Source: an uncultured Acidimicrobiia bacterium (GTDB taxonomy: Bacteria > Actinomycetota > Acidimicrobiia > Acidimicrobiales > AC-14). Taken from it: 64,000 nt of DNA. Positions 19,563 through 28,893 of this stretch are shown piece after piece. Each line of letters starts with the position of its first letter. The first letter of the stretch is position 1. The translations under genes and the position numbers were made by a program. The stretch spans positions 16,087 through 80,086 of the forward strand of contig CAWIIV010000013.1 of NCBI GenBank assembly GCA_963836205.1, read 5' to 3'. Below the pieces are notes generated by a model that saw only the letters and a list, made by a program, of their open reading frames with translations, did no database searches and was not told the origin of the DNA.

Positions 19563-20439
19563 CGAACACCCGCTCCTCCTCCGGCAGCCGCAGGAGCCGG
19601 CCCGACCACAGCCAGCAGGCGCCGACCATGGCCACCGCGAACACCGTCGCCATCTGGCCGAACGGGGTGCCGTAGGCGGCCCGGGCGTTGCCGATGGTGA
19701 GCCCGCACAGGGCCATCCCCACCGGGACGAACAACACGAAGCGGCGGGCGAACTTGACCCCGGCCTGCTTCGACGCCGCGTCCTTGCGCCCGTGGACATC
19801 GGCCACCCGGTCCTCGACCAGGGCCGCCAGCCGGCGCTGGACGTCGCTGCCGCCGACCTCGTGCGCCACCAGGAGCGTCTCGCAGGCGGCGTCGGCGGTG
19901 GCGTCGGCCAGGCCCGCCTTGAGCACCCCGACGCTGCGGGCGAAGTCGGTGGTGACGAGCCAGGTCCGCGACGCGGCCTCGAACGCGGGCTGCATCTCCT
20001 CCGGACCACCCCGTCCCACCTCGAAGAGGGCCTGCGGGATCGATCGGCCGAGCGAGCCGGTGAGGAGGGCGATCTCCTCGATCATGCGGGGCCACCCCTC
20101 GGCGGCCCGCCGGCGGCGCTGCCGGCGCCGGCTGCGGTAGGACGCGCCCGGGTACGTGGCGGCGAACGCACCCACGGCCAGGGCCGGGAGGAAGGCGCCG
20201 AAGACGGCGAAGGTGAGCCCGGTGCCCACCACGAGGAGCAGCCCCATCACGCCCAGGAACTCGGATGGCTTCACCCCGTCGAGGCCGGCCTGCACCAGCC
20301 ACTGCTCCGCCCGCCGCCGGCGCACTCGGCGACCCGGGCGGCGGGGGCCGACGCCGACGCCCTCCCACCCGAGAACCAACGCGGTGTACAGGAAAAACAC
20401 CCCGCAGGCCCCGGCGACGGCGATCAGCAGCGGCGGCAT
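19555..20439 (-). CDS. tadB: Tad pilus platform protein TadB (T2SSF domain)
   Basis: WPRMIEE...GRSIPQAL, YGTPFGQ; follows tadA. Confidence 0.82.
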   Translation of the reverse strand: MPPLLIAVAGACGVFFLYTALVLGWEGVGVGPRRPGRRVRRRRAEQWLVQAGLDGVKPSEFLGVMGLLLVVGTGLTFAVFGAFLPALAVGAFAATYPGASYRSRRRQRRRRAAEGWPRMIEEIALLTGSLGRSIPQALFEVGRGGPEEMQPAFEAASRTWLVTTDFARSVGVLKAGLADATADAACETLLVAHEVGGSDVQRRLAALVEDRVADVHGRKDAASKQAGVKFARRFVLFVPVGMALCGLTIGNARAAYGTPFGQMATVFAVAMVGACWLWSGRLLRLPEEERVFVD

Positions 20440-21815
20440 CACTGCTCCCGGAGCCGGTTGACGGTGCCGGCGGGCGGGCGCCCGAGGCCGGTGACGACCC
20501 GGGGCCGCGTAGGGGCGGCCCGCCGTTCGGCGTCGGGATCGAGGAGCAGGCGGACGTCGTAGCCGGCCTCGGATAAGGCCCGGGCGGCCCGGACGGGCAG
20601 GTTGCCGGTCCATTCGAGACGCTCGTCGACGGTCGGCCGGGCGAACAGCTCGGTGACGGTGAACTGCATCGCGTCCGGCCCCACCTGCAGTTCCTCCACC
20701 GCCACCACCTCGTGGACCCGGACCTTCCCCCGGACCCGGCTGCAGTGGACGACGACGTCGATGGCCTCGCTCACTAGGGCGCTCAACGCCGACATGGGCA
20801 GCTCGTTGGACGTGTCGGCCAGCTGGCAGATGAAGCGCAGCCGGGTGAGGGCCTGGCGGGCGGAGCCGGCGTGGATGGTCGTGAACCCCTTGACGCCCGA
20901 CGACAGGGTGAGCAGCAGCGGCAGGGCCTCCCGGTCGCGGACCTCGCCCACCACGGCGATGTCGGGGGCCATGCGCAGGAACCCCGAAACCAGCCGGCGC
21001 AGGTCGACCTCCCGTCGATCCTGGCGGGCGGGGCGGGTCTGCATGCTGGCCACGTTCGGAAGCGGCAGGTCGGCCTCGAACACCTCCTCCGCGACCACGA
21101 CCCGCAGCGTGGGGTCGAGCTCGGCCGCGCAGCACGACAGGAGTGTGGTCTTGCCCGACCCCGGCGCCCCCGAGAAGATCATCGACAGCCGGGACCGCAC
21201 GCAGGCCCGCAGGAAGTCGGCCACCCGGGTGTCGAGCATGTCGAGCTCGACCAGCTCGTCCAGGGAGCGGAACGGGATCCCGGTGAACTTCCGGATGTTC
21301 ACCAGCGTGTGGCCGTCGCGCCCCACGTCGCCGTGGACGATGTGGAGCCGGGCGCCGGTCTCGAGCTGGGCGTCCTGCAGACCCTCGGCGGGGTCGAGCT
21401 TGCGATGGCTGCCCGACGCGTCGTCGAGGATCTTGGTGAGGGTGCGCACGACGTGCTCGTCGTCGTTGAACACCTCGTCGTGGTAGCTGCTCGGTCCCTG
21501 GTGCCTCTTGACGAAAATCTGGTCCGGGCCGTTGATCATGATCTCCCACACGTCGTCGTCGGCGAGGAGGGGCTCCAGCGGTCCGTAGCCGGCGAGGTTG
21601 CGGTAGGCCCGGGTGGCCACCAGTGCGGGTTCGGCGAGGTCGAAGGCCCGCAGGCCCCGCTTGAAGTCGCGCGACCAGCCCGCGACCTCGTCGTCGACCA
21701 GGGCGCGCAGCCGGGCTCGGCCGTCGTCGTCGGCCATGTCGAGGGCGAGGTCGCCGGCTCGCTCCTGGACCCGTCGCTCGATCTCCTGGAGCGGCGACAG
21801 CTCGCTCGCCCCCAT
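20439..21815 (-). CDS. tadA: Tad/CpaF assembly ATPase
   Basis: YGPLEPLL, EIMING, IRKF, GAPGSGKTT, LRMAPD, GEVRD, TTIHA. Confidence 0.93.
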   Translation of the reverse strand: MGASELSPLQEIERRVQERAGDLALDMADDDGRARLRALVDDEVAGWSRDFKRGLRAFDLAEPALVATRAYRNLAGYGPLEPLLADDDVWEIMINGPDQIFVKRHQGPSSYHDEVFNDDEHVVRTLTKILDDASGSHRKLDPAEGLQDAQLETGARLHIVHGDVGRDGHTLVNIRKFTGIPFRSLDELVELDMLDTRVADFLRACVRSRLSMIFSGAPGSGKTTLLSCCAAELDPTLRVVVAEEVFEADLPLPNVASMQTRPARQDRREVDLRRLVSGFLRMAPDIAVVGEVRDREALPLLLTLSSGVKGFTTIHAGSARQALTRLRFICQLADTSNELPMSALSALVSEAIDVVVHCSRVRGKVRVHEVVAVEELQVGPDAMQFTVTELFARPTVDERLEWTGNLPVRAARALSEAGYDVRLLLDPDAERRAAPTRPRVVTGLGRPPAGTVNRLREQ

Positions 21816-23135
21816 CAGACCGCGGCCTCGTCGTCGGCCCACCGGCCGAGGGACCCGGGCCGGACCCGCTCACCACCCGGGGTGCCGGTACCGCTTTCGC
21901 TGCCGAAGGCCCGCTCGGTGGCTCGTTCGAGTACCGCGTTGAGCGCTCCCGCCAGCGGCGCGCCGAGGACGGCCGGTAGGCGGCGGCCGTCGTGGAGATC
22001 GCTCTCGATGTCGCGCTCGGGCAGGTGGACGGGGCTGGCGAGGAAGGCGCCGGTGGCGGCCCCGGCCAACTCGGCGACGGCCGTGCCCAGGCCGGCCCGG
22101 GCCCGGGGCGAGCGGGAGGAACGGTTGAAGACGGGCACGATGCGGTGGGCGGGGACGCCGAACGCGATCAGGTCGGTGATCACCCGCACCAGGCCGTGGA
22201 CGCCCTTGAGCGTCGGCCCGCCGATGACGAACACCACGTCGGCCCGGGACGCGGCGGTGCGGGCCATGACGTTGCGCTCCTCCACGTCGATCGAGCCCCC
22301 GCCGTCCTCCCCTTCGAGGTCGGGATCGATGTCGCACACGACCGCCCGGTAGGCCCGGCCCAGGGTGTCGAAGGCAGCCTCGAACGCCTGCGGGCGCAGG
22401 GCGGGCCAGAAGCGGGGCCGGCGCAGTCCGAGCAGCAGGTGGTAGCGGCGCTCGTCGACCCCCCACGCCAGGCCTCGGGCGGCGTCGATCGACGGCTGGC
22501 CCGAGCGGTGGGCCTCGACCAGCTCCTGGATGCCGGGGGACACGTCGCGGACGTCGTGGAGCATGGCCAGCTCGGCATTGAGACGGAGGTCGGCCAGCAG
22601 GACGGTGCCCAGCGCCTTCACGTCGTCGCCCAGGGACTGGGCCAGGGCCATGGCCGCGGTGGACGCACCCGTCCCGCCGGGACCGGTGACCGCGGCCACC
22701 GTCCCCCGCCACGACGCGAGCGGCGGACGGGCCAGCAGGTCGGCGGGGGCCGCGTCGCCCCGCCGGATGGTGCGGGCGCAGGCGGAGAGGGCGGTGACGA
22801 GCTCGTCGCGGGTGAACGACGGGCGACAGCACGCGGGCCGCGCCCAGGGCCTGCCAGTCGCGGGTGGCCCGCCCGTCGTCGACCACGAGGACGGCGCAGT
22901 CGGCAGCGGCGGCCGCGGCCAGCAGGTCGCGGTCGACGGTGGGCAGGCCGGCGTCGGCCACCAGGGCCGAGAACGGGCGCCCCGACGCCAGCCGGGCCCG
23001 GGCCTCCTCGGCCGAGACGCACTTGAGGAACTCGGCCGGCAGGGCACCCGACGTCGCCCACACGCCCACCGACCGGAACCACGCGGCCCGGGGCGGCGCC
23101 AGCCCCAGCACCACGAAGCGCTCGCCGGGGATCAC
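21815..23135 (-). CDS. TadZ/CpaE-like MinD-family protein, frameshift near 22826
   Basis: Receiver-like N-terminus; deviant P-loop GPGGTGAST; lies between the SAF gene and tadA. Confidence 0.75.
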
Positions 23136-23887
23136 GGGCCGGGCGCCCGGTAGGTGGGTGCGACCCCGGCGCCGTCGGCGGGCGTGGCCCCGGTGGTGCG
23201 GACGACGGTGACCTTGGCCACCTGGGTCGCGTGACCGAGGGCGAGCGCGCCGGCCGGGTCGGTGACGGCCACCGTCACGAACACGGGGCTGGTCTCGCCC
23301 ACGCCGACCCGGGTGCGGTCTACGGTGATGACGGGCAGGTCGCGGCCGGCGACGAGGGTGTAGGCGTCGTCGCCCGTGCCGTAGGTGGCGAGGAGATCGA
23401 TGCGCTCGCCGTCGCGGATGGTGGGCCCGATGCGACCCCGCTCCACCGTGAACGTGAGCTCGCGGCTGCCGGCGGTTGTACCTCCGGCGATGACGGCGCT
23501 GACCTGGACCAGCTCGCCCGCTCCCACGGGGGCGAGGAGGGTGGACCCGGCCAGGAGCGCCGGGTCGTCGAAGGCGCGCGCCCGCAGGCCGGGTGGCAGC
23601 TCGATGCGTTGCAGGGCCAGGTCGCCAGGCTCGAGCCGGGCGCCGGCGGTGAGCGCCCGCTGGGCGACCACGTAGGGATGCCCCGGCTGACGTCCGGCCG
23701 TGGTGGCCGCCGAGAACAGCCCGACCCCCGCCGCCGCCACCAGGACGCCGCCGACCACCGCCCGGCTGCCGGGCAACCCCCGCCGCCGCTGCACGTTCCG
23801 GCCGCCGGTGGCGTCGCCATTCCCACTCCCGCCGCCGCCGTCGATGGACCCATCGCGTCGCGCTCGCGTCGCCGTTCTCGTCGCCAC
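23132..23887 (-). CDS. SAF-domain RcpC/CpaB protein
   Basis: TM, YVVAQRALTAGARL SAF domain, GERIDLLATY. Confidence 0.8.
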   Translation of the reverse strand: MATRTATRARRDGSIDGGGGSGNGDATGGRNVQRRRGLPGSRAVVGGVLVAAAGVGLFSAATTAGRQPGHPYVVAQRALTAGARLEPGDLALQRIELPPGLRARAFDDPALLAGSTLLAPVGAGELVQVSAVIAGGTTAGSRELTFTVERGRIGPTIRDGERIDLLATYGTGDDAYTLVAGRDLPVITVDRTRVGVGETSPVFVTVAVTDPAGALALGHATQVAKVTVVRTTGATPADGAGVAPTYRAPGP

Positions 23888-24072
23888 CTTCGCTCCCCCC
23901 GGCGCCAGTGTCGTGCATTTGGTCCGCTGCGTGAACCGACCCCAAGGATATGAAAGGCCATGGAACGCACACAAGGGGATAACCCTGAGGATTTTCTCGG
24001 GAGAACCTGTGGATTGCGTCGCTCCGGCCGCCTTTGGACGTCGAGCGTGTGAAAGCTCATGAGATCCCACAA

Positions 24073-24354
24073 ATGAGCGAGGGAGCGCAGTACGATCAGG
24101 ACATGCCTGATGACGACATCCGCTGGATGAGCACGGCTGCCGCGGCCCGTCGGCTCGGGGTCACCGTGCGTACCCTCTACCGCCTCATCAACGAGGCCGA
24201 GCTGCCGGCCTACAAGTTCGGGCGGGTCATCCGCCTCAAGCAGGAGGAGGTCGACGCCTTCATCCAGTCGTCCCGGATCGCCCCCGGGTCGCTGGAGCAC
24301 CTCTACCCCGAGTCGAAGAGGGACACCTCCGACACCGAGGCCAACGTCACGTAA
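24073..24354 (+). CDS. Excisionase/BldC-like small HTH DNA-binding protein
   Basis: STAAAARRLGVTVRTLYRLI...LPAYKFGRVIRL; divergent from the tad operon; start may be 24103. Confidence 0.8.
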   Translation: MSEGAQYDQDMPDDDIRWMSTAAAARRLGVTVRTLYRLINEAELPAYKFGRVIRLKQEEVDAFIQSSRIAPGSLEHLYPESKRDTSDTEANVT

Positions 24355-24857
24355 CTGAGTCCCGGCGGCTCACCGTCGGTGCGGACGGTGAGCACGTCCG
24401 TGCCCACTGCCCGCAGCTCGCCCACCACGGTGACGGTTCCGAGCACCACCGCCACCCGGGGACGAGTGGCGACCGCCTGGGCCAGCACCTCGGCCAAGGT
24501 CACGCCCTCGGCGTTGGCACCGCGGCCTCGGTCGGCTCCCGCCGCCGCCTGTGGACGCCGCGTGCCGGTGCCGGGCCGCACCTCGGCCACCGCCGCCAGG
24601 TGCACGAGGACGAGCCGGTTCTCGGGCCCGGCGACGGCTACGAAATCGGCGCCCACCGCCGCGATCGGGCCGCGGTGGCGCCGCCCGGTCACCGTCGTGA
24701 TCGACACTGGCCGCCCGTCCTCGGCCAGGTCGACCAGGAGCCCGGCGAACGACGCCTCTTCCTCCGCCGCCTGCCGCAGCCAACGCTCGCGGACGCGAGC
24801 CTCGGCCGCCTCCTGCGCCCGCGCCCCTGCGGCCCACCGCTCGAGATCGTCGAGCAC
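24303..24857 (-). CDS. Hypothetical protein (two Sm/Hfq-like beta modules)
   Basis: Repeated G.l.aVG.D motif; TAGCGT-N6-GTG. Confidence 0.6.
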   Translation of the reverse strand: MLDDLERWAAGARAQEAAEARVRERWLRQAAEEEASFAGLLVDLAEDGRPVSITTVTGRRHRGPIAAVGADFVAVAGPENRLVLVHLAAVAEVRPGTGTRRPQAAAGADRGRGANAEGVTLAEVLAQAVATRPRVAVVLGTVTVVGELRAVGTDVLTVRTDGEPPGLSYVTLASVSEVSLFDSG

Positions 24858-24891
24858 CGCCGAACGCTACCCGTGCCGCGCTTGCCGGACG

Positions 24892-24940
24892 TTCGTGGGC
24901 CGGAAAAGGTGCGTCTGGCGCCCCTTTTCTGGCCCAAGAA
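24892..24940. repeat. Imperfect ~49-nt palindrome (REP-like)
   Basis: ttc-tgggccggaaaagg...ccttttctggccca-gaa. Confidence 0.6.
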
Positions 24941-24962
24941 GGTTGGACGGGGAGCGAAGGCC

Positions 24963-24978
24963 TACCGTGATCCCCATG
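24963..24978 (+). promoter_or_regulatory. -10 box TACCGT + N7 + ATG (leaderless hit start, serving as intron 5' exon)
   Basis: Same TANNNT-N6/7-start geometry as several other genes in the window. Confidence 0.6.
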
Positions 24979-26935
24979 TTGCGTCCTGAGAACTGGACCA
25001 GACCAGCGGGTGCGAGTCCCGCCCGGGTAATCGCCGGAGAGCCCGGTAGCAGGCCCCGGTTCGTCGCCGAGAGGCGGCGGGCTGAGCGGGGCGTCAAGAG
25101 CCTCTTTGGAGGGAGCAAGCGTGCGGGCCGTAGTGCCACCAGGCGCGAGTCCTGCAGCCTCGTCAAACGCACAACGGGGGAGCCGAGCCGCTCATGTCAC
25201 GGCGAAGGCCACGTCCGACCGACTGGCGTTCCGGACACGCCCCTGGTCGGGTCCCCTCGGGGTACGGGGAGCGGCACGTACGCACGGTCAGGTTCGGAAC
25301 AGGAGAGACCCGTCTGCGCAGCCTCGTCAGCAAAGACCGCTCGTATAAGCCAGTGGTGAAATCGAGCGGAGCGCAGCGGGAGTCCGACGGGGTCGTAGTA
25401 CCGCTGATCGCCGGGATGAACCCGGCGGGAGGGAAGGGCCCCGACTTCGGTCACGCCGGAGACGGAAGTAAGCGCCAGGGCATGGCCGGGAACGCCCGGC
25501 CCAACTCCCCCGGCGGGCAGCCGCCCACCGACAACGTGCGAAAACTCCAGAACCGGCTATGGGCTGCGGCCAAGCAGTCTCCGGGTCGCCGCTTCCACGC
25601 CCTGTTCGACCGAATCCACCGCAGTGACGTGCTGTGGACGGCGTGGGAGCGGGTGCGAGCCAATCGTGGCGCCGCCGGGGTCGATCGACTGACCCTGGAG
25701 GCGGTGGAGGACTACGGGGTCGGGCGCGTGCTCGACGAGCTTTCCCGTGACCTCCGTGCAGGCACCTACCGCCCGTCGCCTGTTCGGCGGGTGGAGATCC
25801 CCAAGCCCGACGGCCGGATGCGGCCCCTGGGCATCCCCACCGTGCGCGACCGGGTGTGCCAGGCGGCAGCCAAGATCGTCCTCGAACCCATCTTCGAGGC
25901 CGATTTCCTGCCCCAGAGCTTCGGGTTCCGCCCGAAGCGGTCGGCCACCGACGCCCTGGAAGCCATCCGGGTGTCCTTCCCCCGAGGACGGCAGTTCGTC
26001 TTCGAGGCCGACATCCGCGACTTCTTCGGCCAGATCGACCACGACAGGCTGCTGTCACTGGTCGGCGAGCGCGTGTCGGACCGGCGGGTGCTCAAGCTCA
26101 TCCGCCAGTGGCTGCGTGCCGGGGTGCTGGTCGAGGGGGTGCGCTCCGAGACGGTCACGGGCACGCCCCAGGGCGGGGTCATCTCCCCGCTGCTGGCCAA
26201 CATCTACCTGCACGCCTTCGACCGGTCCTGGGCCGAGTCCGGCACCGGCGAGCTCGTCCGTTACGCGGACGACTTCGTGGTGCTGTGCACGACCCGCAGC
26301 CAGGCCGAGACGGCCCAGGCCAGGGCGGCGGCCCTGCTGGGTGATCTCGGCCTGAGCCTGCACCCGGACAAGACCCGTGTGGTCGACCTCCGGGAGGGCA
26401 AGGAGGGCTTCGACTTCCTGGGTTGTCATCTTCACGCCCGCATGTCGGGCCGGTTGTGGGAACAGCAGCGGGTCATCCGCTACTACCTCCACCGCTGGCC
26501 GTCGCAGCGGTCGATGAAGCGGGCACGACAGCGGGTCAAGGCCCTCACCGGCCGGAACCGGGTCGGCATGGAGTTGGAGGACGTGATCTACGACCTCAAC
26601 CTGTTCCTGCGGGGGTGGGGCAACTACTTCCGCACCGGCAACGCGGCGAATAAGTTCGTCTCCCTCGACCGACACGTCGTGTGGCGGCTCAAGCGCTTGC
26701 TCATCAAGAAGCGGGGCCGCAACCTACGGGCAGGCCAGGCAGACTGCTGGACCCGCACCTGGTTCCACGGCCAGGGCCTGCATCAGCTCATGGGCACCAT
26801 TCGCTACCCGAAGGCGTCGTAACCATGTCCAGAAGATCGTCGGAAAGCCGTATGCGGGAAAACCGCACGTACGGATTGAAAGGGGGATGGGGAAACGTGC
26901 TGGCCTTGCCGGCAACGCGCCCCTGACTACCAATG
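24979..26935 (+). mobile_element. Group II intron, copy 1 (complete), inserted at the hit start codon
   Basis: 5' TTGCG (GUGCG variant); similarity with copy 2 begins here; DV AAGCCGTATGCGGGAAAACCGCACGTACGGATT at ~26845-26877; DVI ending ACTACCAAT(G). Confidence 0.92.
25482..26822 (+). CDS. ltrA: Group II intron reverse transcriptase/maturase without endonuclease domain
   Basis: GAAGVD, RPLGIPTVRDR, GTPQGGVISPLLANIYL, RYADD, FDFLG, domain X LNLFLRGWGNYF; no HNH; start could be GTG 25536. Confidence 0.96.
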   Translation: MAGNARPNSPGGQPPTDNVRKLQNRLWAAAKQSPGRRFHALFDRIHRSDVLWTAWERVRANRGAAGVDRLTLEAVEDYGVGRVLDELSRDLRAGTYRPSPVRRVEIPKPDGRMRPLGIPTVRDRVCQAAAKIVLEPIFEADFLPQSFGFRPKRSATDALEAIRVSFPRGRQFVFEADIRDFFGQIDHDRLLSLVGERVSDRRVLKLIRQWLRAGVLVEGVRSETVTGTPQGGVISPLLANIYLHAFDRSWAESGTGELVRYADDFVVLCTTRSQAETAQARAAALLGDLGLSLHPDKTRVVDLREGKEGFDFLGCHLHARMSGRLWEQQRVIRYYLHRWPSQRSMKRARQRVKALTGRNRVGMELEDVIYDLNLFLRGWGNYFRTGNAANKFVSLDRHVVWRLKRLLIKKRGRNLRAGQADCWTRTWFHGQGLHQLMGTIRYPKAS

Positions 26936-27280
26936 GCATCGGAGTGCGTCTTCTGCCGGATCGTCTCGGGCGACATCCCGTCCGACGCGGTGGCCTCGTC
27001 GGAGCTGTCCTACGCCTTCCGCGACATCCAGCCGGCCATGCCCGTGCACGTGCTCGTCGTCCCTCGGCGGCACATCACGTCGGCCGCCACCGTCGAGGCC
27101 GCCGACGCCGACGTCCTGGCCGACATGGTCCTCACTGCCCAGGAAGTGGCCCGCCGCGAGGGCCTGGCCGAGCGGGGCTACCGGCTCGTGTTCAACGTGG
27201 GCGACGACGCCCTCAACTCGGTCGCCCACCTCCACCTGCACGTGCTGGGCGGCCAGAAGATGGGGTGGCCGCCGGGCTGA
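26933..27280 (+). CDS. HIT family nucleotide-binding protein
   Basis: CVFC zinc motif, HLHLH triad. Confidence 0.95.
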   Translation: MASECVFCRIVSGDIPSDAVASSELSYAFRDIQPAMPVHVLVVPRRHITSAATVEAADADVLADMVLTAQEVARREGLAERGYRLVFNVGDDALNSVAHLHLHVLGGQKMGWPPG

Positions 27281-27310
27281 CCCGAGCCCGGTACCCTTGA
27301 CGCAACACCC

Positions 27311-28288
27311 GTGTCCCCCACCCAAGTCAAGATCCTCGTCCCCGGCAACCACCTCATGGTGGAGCTGCTCGGCCACCGTGACCAGTTGTTGCGGCTGATC
27401 GAAGCCGCGTTCCCCGAGGCCGACGTCCTCGTGCGGGGCAACGAGATCACCATCAGCGGCGACGACGCCGACCGGGTGGGACGCCTCTTCGACGAGCTCG
27501 TCCTCCTCCTCGGCCGGGGCCAGCGCCTCGACGCGGCCGACGTGGGCCGCACCATCGAGATGGTCAAGGCCGACGAGAAGCCGTCGGAGGTCATGTCGGG
27601 CGAGGTCCTCCGCTCGGCGAGGGGCCGCAGCGTGCGCCCCAAGACCAGCGGCCAGAAGCGCTACGCCGACGCCATCGCCGGCAACGTGATCACCTTCGCC
27701 ATCGGCCCCGCCGGCACCGGCAAGTCGTACCTGGCCGTGGCCCAGGCGGTGCAGGCCCTCCAGGCCAAGCAGGTGAGCCGCATCATCCTCACCCGCCCGG
27801 CGGTGGAGGCGGGGGAGCGGCTGGGCTTCCTTCCCGGCGACATGCTGGCCAAGGTCGACCCCTACCTGCGCCCCCTCTACGACGCCCTCTACGACATGCT
27901 CGGCCCCGAGGGCGCCAAGCGCCTCCTCGACGGGGAGACCATCGAGGTCGCCCCCCTCGCCTACATGCGGGGGCGCACGCTCAACGACAGCTTCCTCATC
28001 CTCGACGAGGCCCAGAACACCACCCCCGAGCAGATGAAGATGTTCCTCACCCGCATCGGCTTCGGGTCCAAGGCGGTCGTCACCGGCGACGTCACCCAGG
28101 TCGACCTGGCCGCCGGGCGCAGCGGCCTGCTCGGCCTGGAGAAGGTCCTCACCGGCATCGAGGGCCTGGCGTTCGTGCACCTCACGTCGAAGGACGTGGT
28201 GCGCCACCGCATCGTCCAGGACATCGTCGACGCCTACGAGCGGGCGACCCCCAATGAGGCGACCCCCAAACGAGGCCGACCCCAATGA
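27311..28288 (+). CDS. phoH: PhoH/YbeZ ATPase
   Basis: GPAGTGKS, LGFLPG, YMRGRTL, DEAQN, GDVTQVD. Confidence 0.96.
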   Translation: MSPTQVKILVPGNHLMVELLGHRDQLLRLIEAAFPEADVLVRGNEITISGDDADRVGRLFDELVLLLGRGQRLDAADVGRTIEMVKADEKPSEVMSGEVLRSARGRSVRPKTSGQKRYADAIAGNVITFAIGPAGTGKSYLAVAQAVQALQAKQVSRIILTRPAVEAGERLGFLPGDMLAKVDPYLRPLYDALYDMLGPEGAKRLLDGETIEVAPLAYMRGRTLNDSFLILDEAQNTTPEQMKMFLTRIGFGSKAVVTGDVTQVDLAAGRSGLLGLEKVLTGIEGLAFVHLTSKDVVRHRIVQDIVDAYERATPNEATPKRGRPQ

Positions 28289-28298
28289 AGCCAACATC

Positions 28299-28832
28299 GT
28301 GAGCCCACTGGAGGTCTTCGCCGCCGACGAGCAGTCCGACGAGCCAGTCGACGCGGTGCGGTGGATGGACCTGACCAAGGCCGTCCTCCAGGCCCAGGGG
28401 GTGCGGGGCGACACCGAGGTCTCACTCCTGTTCATCGACGAACCGGCCATGGCCGAGCTCAACCTGCGCTTCCTCGACAAGCCCGGCCCCACCGACGTGC
28501 TCGCCTTTCCCATCGACGAGGAGGAGGCCCTCGAGGCCGGTCCCGCCGGACCCCGCTCGCCCGACTCCTTGGGCCCCGGCCCCACCGACGAGCCCGAGCT
28601 GGGCGACGTCCCCCGCCTGCTGGGCGACGTGGTCGTGTGCCCGGCCGTCGCCCGCCGCAACGCCCCCGGCCACGCCGGCACCTACGACGACGAGATGGCC
28701 CTGCTGATCGTCCATGGCGTGCTGCACCTGTTGGGTATGGATCACGAGGACGCGCAGGAGGCAGCCCACATGGAGCAGCGGGAGCAGGAGATGCTCGACC
28801 GGTTCCACCGAAAAGCGGTGACCCAGCAGTGA
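28299..28832 (+). CDS. ybeY: rRNA maturation endoribonuclease YbeY
   Basis: PTDVLAF, LGDVVVC, HGVLHLLGMDH. Confidence 0.95.
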   Translation: MSPLEVFAADEQSDEPVDAVRWMDLTKAVLQAQGVRGDTEVSLLFIDEPAMAELNLRFLDKPGPTDVLAFPIDEEEALEAGPAGPRSPDSLGPGPTDEPELGDVPRLLGDVVVCPAVARRNAPGHAGTYDDEMALLIVHGVLHLLGMDHEDAQEAAHMEQREQEMLDRFHRKAVTQQ

Positions 28833-28893
28833 CGAGCCGGCCGGGGATCGACCGGCCTGTTCCACGAGGCGGGCCGGCGGCGGGAGAGGCGGC

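Noticed and set aside
24073-24354. Prophage/ICE excisionase
   Set aside because: No integrase, att-like repeats or phage genes nearby; a regulatory role is more likely.
24892-24978. Class IIC terminator-targeted insertion
   Set aside because: The hairpin ends about 38 nt upstream, has no U-tract and has no counterpart at copy 2; DV has an AGC triad and full length, unlike IIC.
25482-26822. Retron, DGR or CRISPR-associated RT
   Set aside because: Domain X, DV/DVI and a second copy of the ribozyme identify a group II intron; no TR/VR pair or cas genes.
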